64,000 nt of DNA, from positions 1 through 64,000 of the IMG/VR virus record IMGVR_UViG_3300028608_000012. One strand, written 5' to 3'. Made by a program: the position numbers and the translations under genes. This document shows, one piece after another, positions 18,319 through 27,534 of this stretch. The DNA comes from a virus. The notes beneath the pieces are model-generated. The model did not search any database and was not told the origin of the DNA. It was given only the letters and a program-made list of their open reading frames with translations. Position 1 is the first letter of the stretch; each line of letters begins with the position of its first letter.

Positions 18319-19836
18319 ATGGACGAAATCATTCCGACGGTAAACATGGTCGTTTATCTCATCGCTAATGCCTTAGAACCCAAGGAAGGACGTCGTAAAC
18401 ATCATTACTACTTGGGTGGCCATGGTTATACTTATGATGTCAAGGAAGAAGGCAAAAAGAAACTGGCCAAAGACGTAGCCACCTCAACCGGCTATTACAC
18501 CGGCAACAAACAAAAACCAAACACGGTCGTGGTGGTACAGGATATCGTTAGTCTGACAGTGCCTAATGCGCACAGTTTGATTGACAGCTTGATGAAGGGA
18601 TTCTTGGAGGTTCTTAAAGTAGCAAACGAACGTGGTCAAAAGAACCTGTGGATCATCACTCCCCACAAGGAACTGGAAGCCATCAGTAAGCTGCAAGAGC
18701 CCGCTTGGAAAGTTGTATCGGGTCAAGATGTGAAAGTAGGTAAACACATCCTGACTCCGGAAGAAGTAAAGACTGGTTTGGAAATCTATCAACAGCTGGA
18801 GATTCTTAGAGCCAACAAGGAACGTAAGTTGTTCTTTGATCTTCCAGGGGCTGCTGAAGGCGGTCTGGGTAACCGACTCGCCCACAAGCAGATGGAAATC
18901 GCTGAGATTTCAAGTGTCTGGGGTCATGAGCAGAAGCCTGATGTTTCGGTTATGTCTCGTAAGGAATACGAGAACCCAGAGACAGATTTTAACAAGATGG
19001 TCGATGCCACTCGTTGGTACTTCGAAACCGGTAATCGGTCGAAGTTCTACGATCTGTTGCATGGGTACCGGGTCTACAGTTTCGGTAAAGTAGAACCCGA
19101 CAAGAACTACTACGGCAAAATCACTCCTGACGTCACGTACTCGAAGTTGTACAGCTTGGAACCAATCACGTTGTTGGACAAGATGTATGAGTTTACCGCG
19201 AAGAAGATTGCTAACCCAGACGGGTATCTTTCAGCGGGAACACTTAACAACCTCACGGGCAAAGACGTTGCGCGTATGCTGGACGGGATTCCTGCTGTTA
19301 AGGACAACAACGACCTGGTATCACCTGTTACCAAAGGCAATGGCAAACCGGTACTGATCGAACTGATCTCGCCTGTATTGATGTCGTATCGTATTCGTGA
19401 GTTCTTGGACACCATGGACATCGTGTTGGAATCGTTCCTTAAAAAGGACGAGAGCAATGTTTTTGGTCACACCAAGTTCTATGACATCACGGATCAGATC
19501 TTCGTTAAGGAAGCCAATACCAAGGGTGTTGTCAAGTTGAAGTTACATCCCGAGTTTAACCAACTCAAGACGGCATTCAAGATACCGGTAGAGCACCGCA
19601 ATGCGGTTAAGCCCGTACCGATCATGCTGTCGATTGGTTATGACATTCCAGGGCGTAATGCGTTTAACTCGATTGATGATCCTGATGTAGAAGTGTGGGT
19701 GGCTGTTGATACCCGTAACGAGCAAGGTATGCGTTACTGCACGCTGGTGAAGACTAAGGACTTCATCTACGTGCACACTGCGGCAGGGGCAAATCTTCGT
19801 GTGTTGTCAGAAGCAGAGCTGGGTAGAAAGTCATAA
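18319..19836 (+). CDS. RNase H-like protein (phiKZ gp155-like), probably catalytically degenerate
   Basis: 505 aa; G.HGYTY and GLGN.LA motifs; position near uvsX. Confidence 0.55.
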   Translation: MDEIIPTVNMVVYLIANALEPKEGRRKHHYYLGGHGYTYDVKEEGKKKLAKDVATSTGYYTGNKQKPNTVVVVQDIVSLTVPNAHSLIDSLMKGFLEVLKVANERGQKNLWIITPHKELEAISKLQEPAWKVVSGQDVKVGKHILTPEEVKTGLEIYQQLEILRANKERKLFFDLPGAAEGGLGNRLAHKQMEIAEISSVWGHEQKPDVSVMSRKEYENPETDFNKMVDATRWYFETGNRSKFYDLLHGYRVYSFGKVEPDKNYYGKITPDVTYSKLYSLEPITLLDKMYEFTAKKIANPDGYLSAGTLNNLTGKDVARMLDGIPAVKDNNDLVSPVTKGNGKPVLIELISPVLMSYRIREFLDTMDIVLESFLKKDESNVFGHTKFYDITDQIFVKEANTKGVVKLKLHPEFNQLKTAFKIPVEHRNAVKPVPIMLSIGYDIPGRNAFNSIDDPDVEVWVAVDTRNEQGMRYCTLVKTKDFIYVHTAAGANLRVLSEAELGRKS

Positions 19837-19845
19837 GCAATTATA

Positions 19846-19881
19846 CTAACTACAGGAGCCCCGTAAGGCTCCTGTAGTTAG
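19846..19881. terminator. Hairpin between convergent genes
   Basis: 15-bp stem CTAACTACAGGAGCC/GGCTCCTGTAGTTAG. Confidence 0.75.
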
Positions 19882-19896
19882 GTTTATGGCTGCTTG

Positions 19897-20718
19897 TTAC
19901 TTCAGGTCGGCCAACGTCTTGACTTGTTCGTTGAACACCGCTGTGAGGTCGTTCAGGAGCACCAGGACTGCACCCGACAGGTTCACCAGACCAACAAACT
20001 TGTTGACGATGGTTTCGATGTCGTCGATACCCTGTTCACCGATCACCAGTTCGTTCGACTGGATCTTGTGTACCAGCAGTTGACCGAGTTCGTAAACGTT
20101 GGTCAGCTCTTTGGCCAGCAGTTCAACGTCACGCGCCCCCAGAGTCTGCACGGTGTTGTTGAAGGTATCAACGCAGGCGAAGAACTCGTCCCAGTTGAAA
20201 TACACCTGGCCGATGGAGAACTTCAGTTTACGGCTACCGCTAGGCAGTTGACGCACGAAGTTTTCGGTCTTGCTCAGTGCGGTATCGAAGTCACGAATGC
20301 TCCAGTTGAAGCTGCGGTCGATACGGCCGTTACGAATGACTTGCTTCAGCCAATCATATAGTCTCGACGCCTCGGTTTTCAAACTGCACACGATGTAGAT
20401 GCCATCGGTTACAGCTTTGGTGTGTGCCATCATGTTACCCATGCCAGCTGCGAAGCCTTCTGGGGTCAGGATTTCAACACCGGTGTTCTTAACGTACAAC
20501 ACTTTGTTGCCGACGAGGTTGTGTTTTGCAGCTGAGGCATCCACTTTGTGGATAGAGCGGCTCAGCACCGCCATGCGGCTGTCGATCGAGGTAGTGAACT
20601 CTTTAAAGAACAGCTTAAAGTTTTCACCGATGCTCAGAGCTTCGAAGCCCTGAACAGTAAATGGCTCTGGCTTTTGGACCAGTGCCAGGTAGTTTGGAGT
20701 ATCGGTAGATTGTTCCAT
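19897..20718 (-). CDS. Virion/head protein (phiKZ gp153-like)
   Basis: Start reassigned to ATG 20718 (GAGGT RBS); QGFE|AL candidate processing site; divergent from uvsX. Confidence 0.6.
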   Translation of the reverse strand: MEQSTDTPNYLALVQKPEPFTVQGFEALSIGENFKLFFKEFTTSIDSRMAVLSRSIHKVDASAAKHNLVGNKVLYVKNTGVEILTPEGFAAGMGNMMAHTKAVTDGIYIVCSLKTEASRLYDWLKQVIRNGRIDRSFNWSIRDFDTALSKTENFVRQLPSGSRKLKFSIGQVYFNWDEFFACVDTFNNTVQTLGARDVELLAKELTNVYELGQLLVHKIQSNELVIGEQGIDDIETIVNKFVGLVNLSGAVLVLLNDLTAVFNEQVKTLADLK

Positions 20719-20820
20719 TACTGACCTCTGTATTGATATAGTTTGGGGGAGGGCAGTTGCCCAGTAATAATTGGGCGGGTGGCCCTGGATTGAATTCATA
20801 AAATTATCAGGAAGGTAGCA

Positions 20821-22314
20821 ATGTCGAGTACAAGTCCGTTTTCTTTTGTTGAATCGATCAAGTCATCTGATTCGGTGATTCCAGCTTATAACGTATCGCC
20901 GATTAACGACATGGTTAACGGCGAGCACGTGATCGGCCCAGGCGGCGTTACTTACCTTAACGGCGGCGCCTGTCGTAACAACGCGGTGTGTGGCGGTAAC
21001 AACACGCAGAAGACCGGTGAAGCCGCGCTGCAAATCGTACGCATGTTGTTCCGTATCCCGACGTCGGTTGCTTTCGTCATGGATATCGAGGCCACGTTGT
21101 CGGTTAAGCGTATGGCAGACATGTATGACCGGGAATGTGGGATTCCGGGCTACTTCAACGAACACGTTCTCAACAAGCGCTTCTTCTACTTCAACCGTAA
21201 CGACCATAAAGCTAACCCTTTCGGCCGTCATGATCCGAAGGCAGAGATCGCTGGCGTTGATGGTACTTGGGTGCATAACTTCTTCAAAGACCTGAACGTC
21301 AAGGTTAAAGAAGACATCAAGGCCAAGAAAGACATTTACATCACCACGCCGTACCTCGGTAACGATGGCTTGCCAATCAAGCTGATCACTCCGATCATTA
21401 CCTTTGTGGACTCGATCTCCGAGATGCACTTCCACAAGGTATCGGCACACTTCCAAGACGGCGACGTCGACGAGGGTGGCGAGAAGCGTACCCGTGACAT
21501 GGCCATCGGCAACATGAAGCGCATCGTCTATGAAGACGCTGACGTACTCGGTGGCGAAGTCGGCTGTGTGCAGTTCTGGACCGCTCAGGTTGTTGACACC
21601 ATCAACATGTCCGGTCGCCCCCAGGAAAAGGAATCGGTCTTCATCCGTCCTGGTAAGAAACTCAAGGGGCCGAAGTCTCTGATGCGTATCCCGCAAGTAG
21701 GCTGGGAGATCATCAAAGGTTCCGCTCTGAAAAACGGCCAGGAATGGCTATACCCTAACCCTTATGGACGCGACATTGTTCTCGATGCAGACGCTAAAGA
21801 AAACCCAGACCTTTTGTTTTACCCATTTACTGCCTATCGTAACAAGAGTGGCTCTAGTGGTGGCAGTTTCTTCTTTATTGGTTCCCAAAGTCTAGGGATT
21901 CAAGAAGGCTTGACCATGTATCATGCTATGAAAACCAACGGCATGTTCGGTCTTGAAGGCTCGGCGATCAGCCACGCCTGCGTTCTGTACCCGGAATGTA
22001 AACTGGGACGTACCACCATCTGGGAGAAGACTCTCACCGATGCCAAGTTGGAACGCGCCCTGACCATCTGCTACCAGATGCTGCACATGCAGTCCTTCTG
22101 GCTGGATACACCGAAGCGTTACCGCATCACCCCTCAAGAACTGTACACCAAGATCAAGGAGCAGGGGATCAGTTGGGACGACATTCTGGAAAACACCGTG
22201 TACTACTGGCACACGAACCCAGAGATCAAGAAGCACACCGTCTCCACCATGGAGCTGTTGAAGATCGCCATCGGCGAACGTAAGCCGTACTGGCTGGAAG
22301 CTGCTAAGAAATAA
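20821..22314 (+). CDS. uvsX: UvsX/RecA-like recombinase
   Basis: 497 aa; variant Walker A GGNNTQKT, MDIEATL, Walker B FVDSISE, RNKSG motif; size typical of phiKZ-like RecA. Confidence 0.8.
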   Translation: MSSTSPFSFVESIKSSDSVIPAYNVSPINDMVNGEHVIGPGGVTYLNGGACRNNAVCGGNNTQKTGEAALQIVRMLFRIPTSVAFVMDIEATLSVKRMADMYDRECGIPGYFNEHVLNKRFFYFNRNDHKANPFGRHDPKAEIAGVDGTWVHNFFKDLNVKVKEDIKAKKDIYITTPYLGNDGLPIKLITPIITFVDSISEMHFHKVSAHFQDGDVDEGGEKRTRDMAIGNMKRIVYEDADVLGGEVGCVQFWTAQVVDTINMSGRPQEKESVFIRPGKKLKGPKSLMRIPQVGWEIIKGSALKNGQEWLYPNPYGRDIVLDADAKENPDLLFYPFTAYRNKSGSSGGSFFFIGSQSLGIQEGLTMYHAMKTNGMFGLEGSAISHACVLYPECKLGRTTIWEKTLTDAKLERALTICYQMLHMQSFWLDTPKRYRITPQELYTKIKEQGISWDDILENTVYYWHTNPEIKKHTVSTMELLKIAIGERKPYWLEAAKK

Positions 22315-22367
22315 GCAGCATTTGTATAGGGGACCCAAACCATCGGGTCCCTTTCACTATTAGGGGA

Positions 22368-22751
22368 ATGCAGGCAATGGACAATACCGAACAATGTGGA
22401 AACGTCGTGTTAGTGGTTGCCGACAGTAATTTTATCAACCTCTGTGCAGACCCTTTCGCTTATATGGCTCGCTTAAAGGCCAAGCTGTCTGAACGCTCTG
22501 CCCAAGGCCTTACCATGTTCACTGTTTCTGGTAAGTTCGGCGTGGGCAACATCGACGACACCATCGGGGTGATTCCGGTCGATGACAAGAACAAAACGGT
22601 GTTTGGTCAAACGCTGGAAAACGTCACCATGCTGTTCGACCAACTGGTCACGATCACCATCACTCAAAACGATCCCTTCCTCTCGATGGCATGTGAGGTG
22701 GTGACCAACGCCAACAAGCCTTATACCAAGTACGGTTATCAGAGGAAGTAA
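22368..22751 (+). CDS. Hypothetical protein
   Basis: 127 aa (alternative ATG 22377); in operon with the RNAP fragment. Confidence 0.7.
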   Translation: MQAMDNTEQCGNVVLVVADSNFINLCADPFAYMARLKAKLSERSAQGLTMFTVSGKFGVGNIDDTIGVIPVDDKNKTVFGQTLENVTMLFDQLVTITITQNDPFLSMACEVVTNANKPYTKYGYQRK

Positions 22752-22753
22752 TC

Positions 22754-23434
22754 ATGGCGAAGAACCGTAAAGGTTTTGAAGACTTTATCCTGACCTTTAT
22801 GGGTAAAGTTACGAAGGGTGGAGGCAACCGGATCATTTATGAACGGTTGTTCAAAGCCATGAATGACAAACAGTTTGAAGAGTTCATGGTCAAACTGGAA
22901 GAGATTGAAGTGCTGGCCATCTGGGGCAGTAACAACGATCCGAATGAAATGATCGACTGGGAGAACCTCAAGAAGCTCGCAAAGGAGTATGGGGTCTCCC
23001 TGGAACAAAAGCTCGTGATCTACGACGAGGAGACGGGCATCAAGTCGATGACTCCGTACACCGCGATTGTGGGTACCGATGTGCTGCGTAAGCAACGTCA
23101 GATGTGGGTAAAAAAGTTCTCCGCTGCCAAAGACGACACAGCCATCGACGACCTTACAGGGCAGGTCATGGGTGACAGCCGTTCGACTGGTATCAGCCAA
23201 CCCGAGATTACCGTGTTGCGTAACCTTGGGTTGACCACGATGGCCAACGAACTGTACAACGTCAAGGGTGGTGATCAGCAAGCTCTGCGTGCGTACAAGA
23301 ACGATATCCTCACTACGGGTAAAACCAACACCAACTCCAGCTTGGCTCGGGGTGATATTGCCAAGGTGTTGAAAACCGCACACTATCTGTTGCGGGCTCG
23401 TGGTATCGACAACAACATGAATAGCAGGGCGTAA
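22754..23434 (+). CDS. Virion RNA polymerase beta subunit, C-terminal part (phiKZ gp149-like)
   Basis: RKQRQMWVKK...DDLTGQVMGDSRSTGISQPE corresponds to the beta C-terminal KLxH...TQQP.GG...GEME region. Confidence 0.8.
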   Translation: MAKNRKGFEDFILTFMGKVTKGGGNRIIYERLFKAMNDKQFEEFMVKLEEIEVLAIWGSNNDPNEMIDWENLKKLAKEYGVSLEQKLVIYDEETGIKSMTPYTAIVGTDVLRKQRQMWVKKFSAAKDDTAIDDLTGQVMGDSRSTGISQPEITVLRNLGLTTMANELYNVKGGDQQALRAYKNDILTTGKTNTNSSLARGDIAKVLKTAHYLLRARGIDNNMNSRA

Positions 23435-23436
23435 GT

Positions 23437-23868
23437 ATGGATGACATGAATGACCTGTTGCACCTTAAAGCGGTGATCAACAACGCCCTGATTGACCTCC
23501 AGGCTGATACACGCCCTGATCTGAAGATTCCCCTGTCCGGTATCTTCCTGACTCCGCTGATTCGCTTTGGCGAGGGCTACGACGTCTTTAACCGTGGCAT
23601 TGGTATGTCTGGTGCGGCGTATGACAGCTGGATCAACTACCAGATGCAGGTACTGACGGATCTGGGTGTGGCTCGTGAGAAGCTGATCGATAACTTCGAG
23701 AAGCTACTGGATAGCGTGATCGGCGGTACACCTGGCGGTGAAGTGGCTCAGCGGCATGACGACCATAAGGCGTTGTCTTACCTCGTGTTGTTGGCCACTC
23801 GTGTCTACGGCGATGCCATGCGTCTTGCGGTGGAGCCTGAGCCTGAGAAGAAGGAAGATAAGAAATGA
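23437..23868 (+). CDS. Hypothetical protein
   Basis: 143 aa; coupled in the operon. Confidence 0.75.
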   Translation: MDDMNDLLHLKAVINNALIDLQADTRPDLKIPLSGIFLTPLIRFGEGYDVFNRGIGMSGAAYDSWINYQMQVLTDLGVAREKLIDNFEKLLDSVIGGTPGGEVAQRHDDHKALSYLVLLATRVYGDAMRLAVEPEPEKKEDKK

Positions 23869-24602
23869 ACAAGGTCCTGGAAATCTATACGGAGATCGAT
23901 TGCATCTATGATCCCCGTCGTGGGTTGCTCAGTCTGTTGATGACTCCTGACATCACGGATGACGCTGAACGCGTAAAGCAGGGCAATGCTCTCTGGGACC
24001 TGCACGTTGCTGACAACTACAAGGAACGTCAAATCGACTACTTCAACTACCCGTTCTTCAACATCGATCGGGTCAAGTATGAAGCGGCTTGGAAGAAGCG
24101 TTCCATCAGCGACTGGCTTATGTACTACCCGTCTAACTTCTACAATGACTTCATCCGCACTGTGGTGGAGCTGGAGCAGTTGGACGAGAAACCTGTGGCG
24201 ATCAAGACGGTTAACCTGAACGTTAACACCTTTCCGTATGACTTTGATCAGGCGATGCTGGATGACTTTGTCCTTCATTGCAAAGCTGCGTTCAAAGGAC
24301 TGGTGACAGTCAAGACGTTTAAGAGTGATCCGGCTAAAATGGATTCCTTGTACTACAAGCAATTCCGTTATGTATTCAAATACGATTCGCTGATTGGCGA
24401 AGACTCCAGGCTGTTGATTGAATCCCTGGGTAAGAATCCAATCCCGAATACGGCGTTTGTAGTACCTGACATCCTGGCACAGAAGCTCGACACCTTTACT
24501 GGTAGTGTTTCTGACTTGATCTTCAGCATGAGCATGTCGTTGGGTACAGCGATTACCCTGGTTCCAATCAAGCACCGGTTCTTCGATTACGCAGAAGCAT
24601 AA
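23865..24602 (+). CDS. Conserved jumbo-phage protein (phiKZ gp147-like)
   Basis: 245 aa; N-terminal EIDCIYDPRRGLL motif; ATGA overlap with the previous gene. Confidence 0.6.
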   Translation: MNKVLEIYTEIDCIYDPRRGLLSLLMTPDITDDAERVKQGNALWDLHVADNYKERQIDYFNYPFFNIDRVKYEAAWKKRSISDWLMYYPSNFYNDFIRTVVELEQLDEKPVAIKTVNLNVNTFPYDFDQAMLDDFVLHCKAAFKGLVTVKTFKSDPAKMDSLYYKQFRYVFKYDSLIGEDSRLLIESLGKNPIPNTAFVVPDILAQKLDTFTGSVSDLIFSMSMSLGTAITLVPIKHRFFDYAEA

Positions 24603-24613
24603 ACGTCCCGTTA

Positions 24614-24642
24614 CTAGAGTGGAGGCATTGCCTCCACTCTAG
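24614..24642. terminator. Hairpin between convergent genes
   Basis: CTAGAGTGGAGGCA-t-TGCCTCCACTCTAG. Confidence 0.7.
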
Positions 24643-24660
24643 CTTTATGCTCGGTTATTT

Positions 24661-25203
24661 TTAAACGGGGTTACCATCTATGTCGACCAAAGAGTTACCC
24701 TGTACGAGTTCTTCTGGCTTGATCGGGGCGATGTCTTTGGCAGCATCCAGCAGGGACTTATTAGGGTCCAGCAAGAACCGCGTCATGTCGAATACCGGCA
24801 GAGATACCGCACCACTGCTGATGGTCTTCATAGCTTCCAGCATTTCGTTGAAAGCCAGTACGTTGGTTTCGCCTTCTTTCTTTTTGGCTTTTTCCTTACG
24901 GTTATCCCGTACGGTTTTTTCCATGTGCCCGATCAGTGAGCTGACACCTTCCAGAAGAGATGCACTGGACGGCTTAGCCAAATACTGCTGCATCGCGTAG
25001 TTCAACAGCAGGGCCCGGTTTTGCTGGATCGCTTCTACCAGTTTATTCTGGTCTTCGTCTTCCAGGTCCAGGACCAACGCCTTGCGCAATGCTTGCATCG
25101 CTGCGGCGGCTTCTTCATCCTCGGTCCGGTGCTTCTTATCCAGATCCGAGAGCTTGTCTGCGAATGGGGAAAGCTCTTTTACTGGCTGTTCGGTAGTGTC
25201 CAT
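24661..25203 (-). CDS. Hypothetical helical protein
   Basis: 180 aa; typical codon usage. Confidence 0.7.
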   Translation of the reverse strand: MDTTEQPVKELSPFADKLSDLDKKHRTEDEEAAAAMQALRKALVLDLEDEDQNKLVEAIQQNRALLLNYAMQQYLAKPSSASLLEGVSSLIGHMEKTVRDNRKEKAKKKEGETNVLAFNEMLEAMKTISSGAVSLPVFDMTRFLLDPNKSLLDAAKDIAPIKPEELVQGNSLVDIDGNPV

Positions 25204-25204
25204 A

Positions 25205-25230
25205 AATTTATAAACCTATATTACTAGATT
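25205..25230 (+). promoter_or_regulatory. Early promoter (TATATTAC at 25217-25224)
   Basis: AAATTTATAAACC-TATATTAC; AGGAG RBS and ORF downstream. Confidence 0.7.
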
Positions 25231-25255
25231 GAGAGAGCAGTAGGAGCATGGTTTC

Positions 25256-25882
25256 ATGATACTAACTAAACGGTCCACACTTCAGCTGCTAAGCAAACTC
25301 CCTATTGTTGGGAAATGGGCACAGCTGGAACACTGTAATCAGTTGTTGGAACAATTCGATGAAGTGCAGAGAGGCTATGGGTCTGCAAAGGTCCGTTTTA
25401 TTGACTCTGTGACACTTCTATACGATGCGCTGCTAGAAGTCTGTGTCTTCGAGTTACAGGAAGACTTTGACTGGCTCTATACCCTAGAACTCAGTGTGTA
25501 CACACGCACCTCTGGGGATGCTCATAGGCTGTTAGCGGGGCTATCAAGCGGGACCCCCGTCAAGGTGGAAGATTGCTTCCGCAGTTTTGACGTGGGTAGG
25601 AAGATACCATTCATGGACTGGTATAGCAGTGGTCATACAGCGGCACTCTTCTTTACGTATGGGGTTAACCTGATCAAGCAGTACTGTGAGCAGCATGCTG
25701 AGGAACTCACACCCGAACAGGTTAAGGCGAAGAAGCGTGTTTACAATCCACCACTCGATGCATTCATGACGAGCAAACACTTCAAAATGTTAACTGAAGA
25801 CCTAATCGCATTTGCTCGGGTCATGGTGCAATCTCAACAAAGGGTGCTTAATGGAGAAGCCAAAGAAATACCTCAGGGCTAA
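25256..25882 (+). CDS. Hypothetical protein
   Basis: 208 aa; AGGAG RBS. Confidence 0.75.
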   Translation: MILTKRSTLQLLSKLPIVGKWAQLEHCNQLLEQFDEVQRGYGSAKVRFIDSVTLLYDALLEVCVFELQEDFDWLYTLELSVYTRTSGDAHRLLAGLSSGTPVKVEDCFRSFDVGRKIPFMDWYSSGHTAALFFTYGVNLIKQYCEQHAEELTPEQVKAKKRVYNPPLDAFMTSKHFKMLTEDLIAFARVMVQSQQRVLNGEAKEIPQG

Positions 25883-26294
25883 CCAGCTGGACAGTATCTC
25901 CCACAAGTATGTCGATGACGATCAACTTCAGGACACACCCGCACGGTTGTACCGGAAGCTGTTGCATCAGATGGACATGAACCCACGTAAGTGGATCAGC
26001 TACTTGCGGGATTATCTGGACTGGCGGGTTACTACCACTGATCCTGATAAAGCGAAAGAGGAACGTACCACTCGAACTGGCAACATCAAGGACACGTACT
26101 TTCAGAAGCCTGGCTTAACGTTTAGCAAGTTTCTGGAAGGACTTTCAATTTTAAGGATGGCTAAGGTGGAGATTATCTTTAAGGTAACCGACACTGAAGG
26201 CAAGGAATATATCGTGTCAGAGGTGCAGCGGATTGTAGGTAAAGACCGTGCGCAGTTGCCTCCAGTACGTGATGACGAACCTGAAAGTTCTTGA
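25851..26294 (+). CDS. Hypothetical protein
   Basis: Start reassigned to ATG 25851; followed by a terminator. Confidence 0.7.
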   Translation: MEKPKKYLRANQLDSISHKYVDDDQLQDTPARLYRKLLHQMDMNPRKWISYLRDYLDWRVTTTDPDKAKEERTTRTGNIKDTYFQKPGLTFSKFLEGLSILRMAKVEIIFKVTDTEGKEYIVSEVQRIVGKDRAQLPPVRDDEPESS

Positions 26295-26306
26295 CCGGTA
26301 CGGTAT

Positions 26307-26350
26307 AGGTGGGGGTCTTCCCCCACCTCAACCTCCTTTATTTTTTTGTT
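26307..26350 (+). terminator. Intrinsic terminator
   Basis: AGGTGGGGG-tctt-CCCCCACCT then a T-rich tract. Confidence 0.65.
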
Positions 26351-26365
26351 TGATTAGGGGTTCAC

Positions 26366-27472
26366 ATGATGGATTTATTCAGCGGACTGGATCTCAGCCC
26401 TTCTGTTAGCAATTTCCAGAGTAACACCAACACCGCAATGAAGACGGTCAAGGAGTCTTCTCTGACACCGGCTGACGTAACCACTGCTAACCAGAAGCAG
26501 GGTGTGGCGTTAAAGACCAGTCGCGATACAGGCGTATTGGGTACAATCTCCGAATACCGCTCTACGGCCGTAGAACAACTCAACGGTATCATTGGTGACC
26601 TGTCGGGTGGTTTCCTTAACTTCAAGGACCTCACCAAGAGTATCCGGATGGGGCCTGATGGCATAACCTTCAGTGACAGCGCGATCATCCAGGCAGTAAC
26701 GGGTGCAGCAGGCTACAAGGTTAGCGGTCAAAGCGGTGCGGCCCGTGCGTTGTCGTCTGAGCTGGCCAACCAGTTCAAGAAGATCACTGGCTTGAACATC
26801 AGCAGTATCCTGACCACTAACGGTACCAAGTTCCGGGTCAATGATAACTGGCGTGGGCAGTTGGGGAAACAGACCCTGAACATGCTCGGTAAGGCAGCTG
26901 GTCTTGATGACTTGCTGGACACCAGTGTTAAAGGGGCCTTCTACAACAGCGTACTGAAGAATGCGGCTATCTTCGGTATGTCGGATAGCTACCGCAAGAT
27001 CTGGGACTCTTACCCGAAAGGGTTTGACATGATCCGTCGAGATGCTGCCATTGAAGCCATGCAGGACGTGATCACCAACGGTGACGTTGAATCCATGGAT
27101 GAGATGCTCAAGCTGTTCGACACTCAAACCAAGAACGTATTGCTGGGCAAATACCCACGGTTCGTTTCGACGTTGTTCAGCAACTTCAAGTTCGACAAGA
27201 CCGCTATCCCGGAAGAGTACCCGATCATCCGTGGTAAGTTGTTGGCTATTCTGACTGAACTGATCGGACCGGAATGGTACCTGAAGCAAACTTACTTCGG
27301 TAAGGTACTGGACCTCGGGTTGATGAATGCTGCAAGTCGTGACCTGATCAAGTTGCTACAACCGGTGGATGAATTGGTTCCCCTGTTGTGTACGGCAGGC
27401 ATGTTCCACGACCAGTCAGCCTTGGTACAGTTGCGTGGTCAATTCCCTGGTGCTGCAAAGTACGCCTTCTAA
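26366..27472 (+). CDS. Probable virion/tail protein
   Basis: 368 aa; AGGGG RBS; next to tail-tip genes. Confidence 0.6.
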   Translation: MMDLFSGLDLSPSVSNFQSNTNTAMKTVKESSLTPADVTTANQKQGVALKTSRDTGVLGTISEYRSTAVEQLNGIIGDLSGGFLNFKDLTKSIRMGPDGITFSDSAIIQAVTGAAGYKVSGQSGAARALSSELANQFKKITGLNISSILTTNGTKFRVNDNWRGQLGKQTLNMLGKAAGLDDLLDTSVKGAFYNSVLKNAAIFGMSDSYRKIWDSYPKGFDMIRRDAAIEAMQDVITNGDVESMDEMLKLFDTQTKNVLLGKYPRFVSTLFSNFKFDKTAIPEEYPIIRGKLLAILTELIGPEWYLKQTYFGKVLDLGLMNAASRDLIKLLQPVDELVPLLCTAGMFHDQSALVQLRGQFPGAAKYAF

Positions 27473-27480
27473 ACACGCTT

Positions 27481-27516
27481 TAACCCCTCCTACCCTTTGC
27501 GGGGTAGGAGGGGTTA
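27481..27516. terminator. Hairpin between convergent genes
   Basis: 15-bp stem with TTTGCG loop; related to 55932-55971. Confidence 0.75.
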
Positions 27517-27534
27517 TAGTTACCACTAAGTTTT

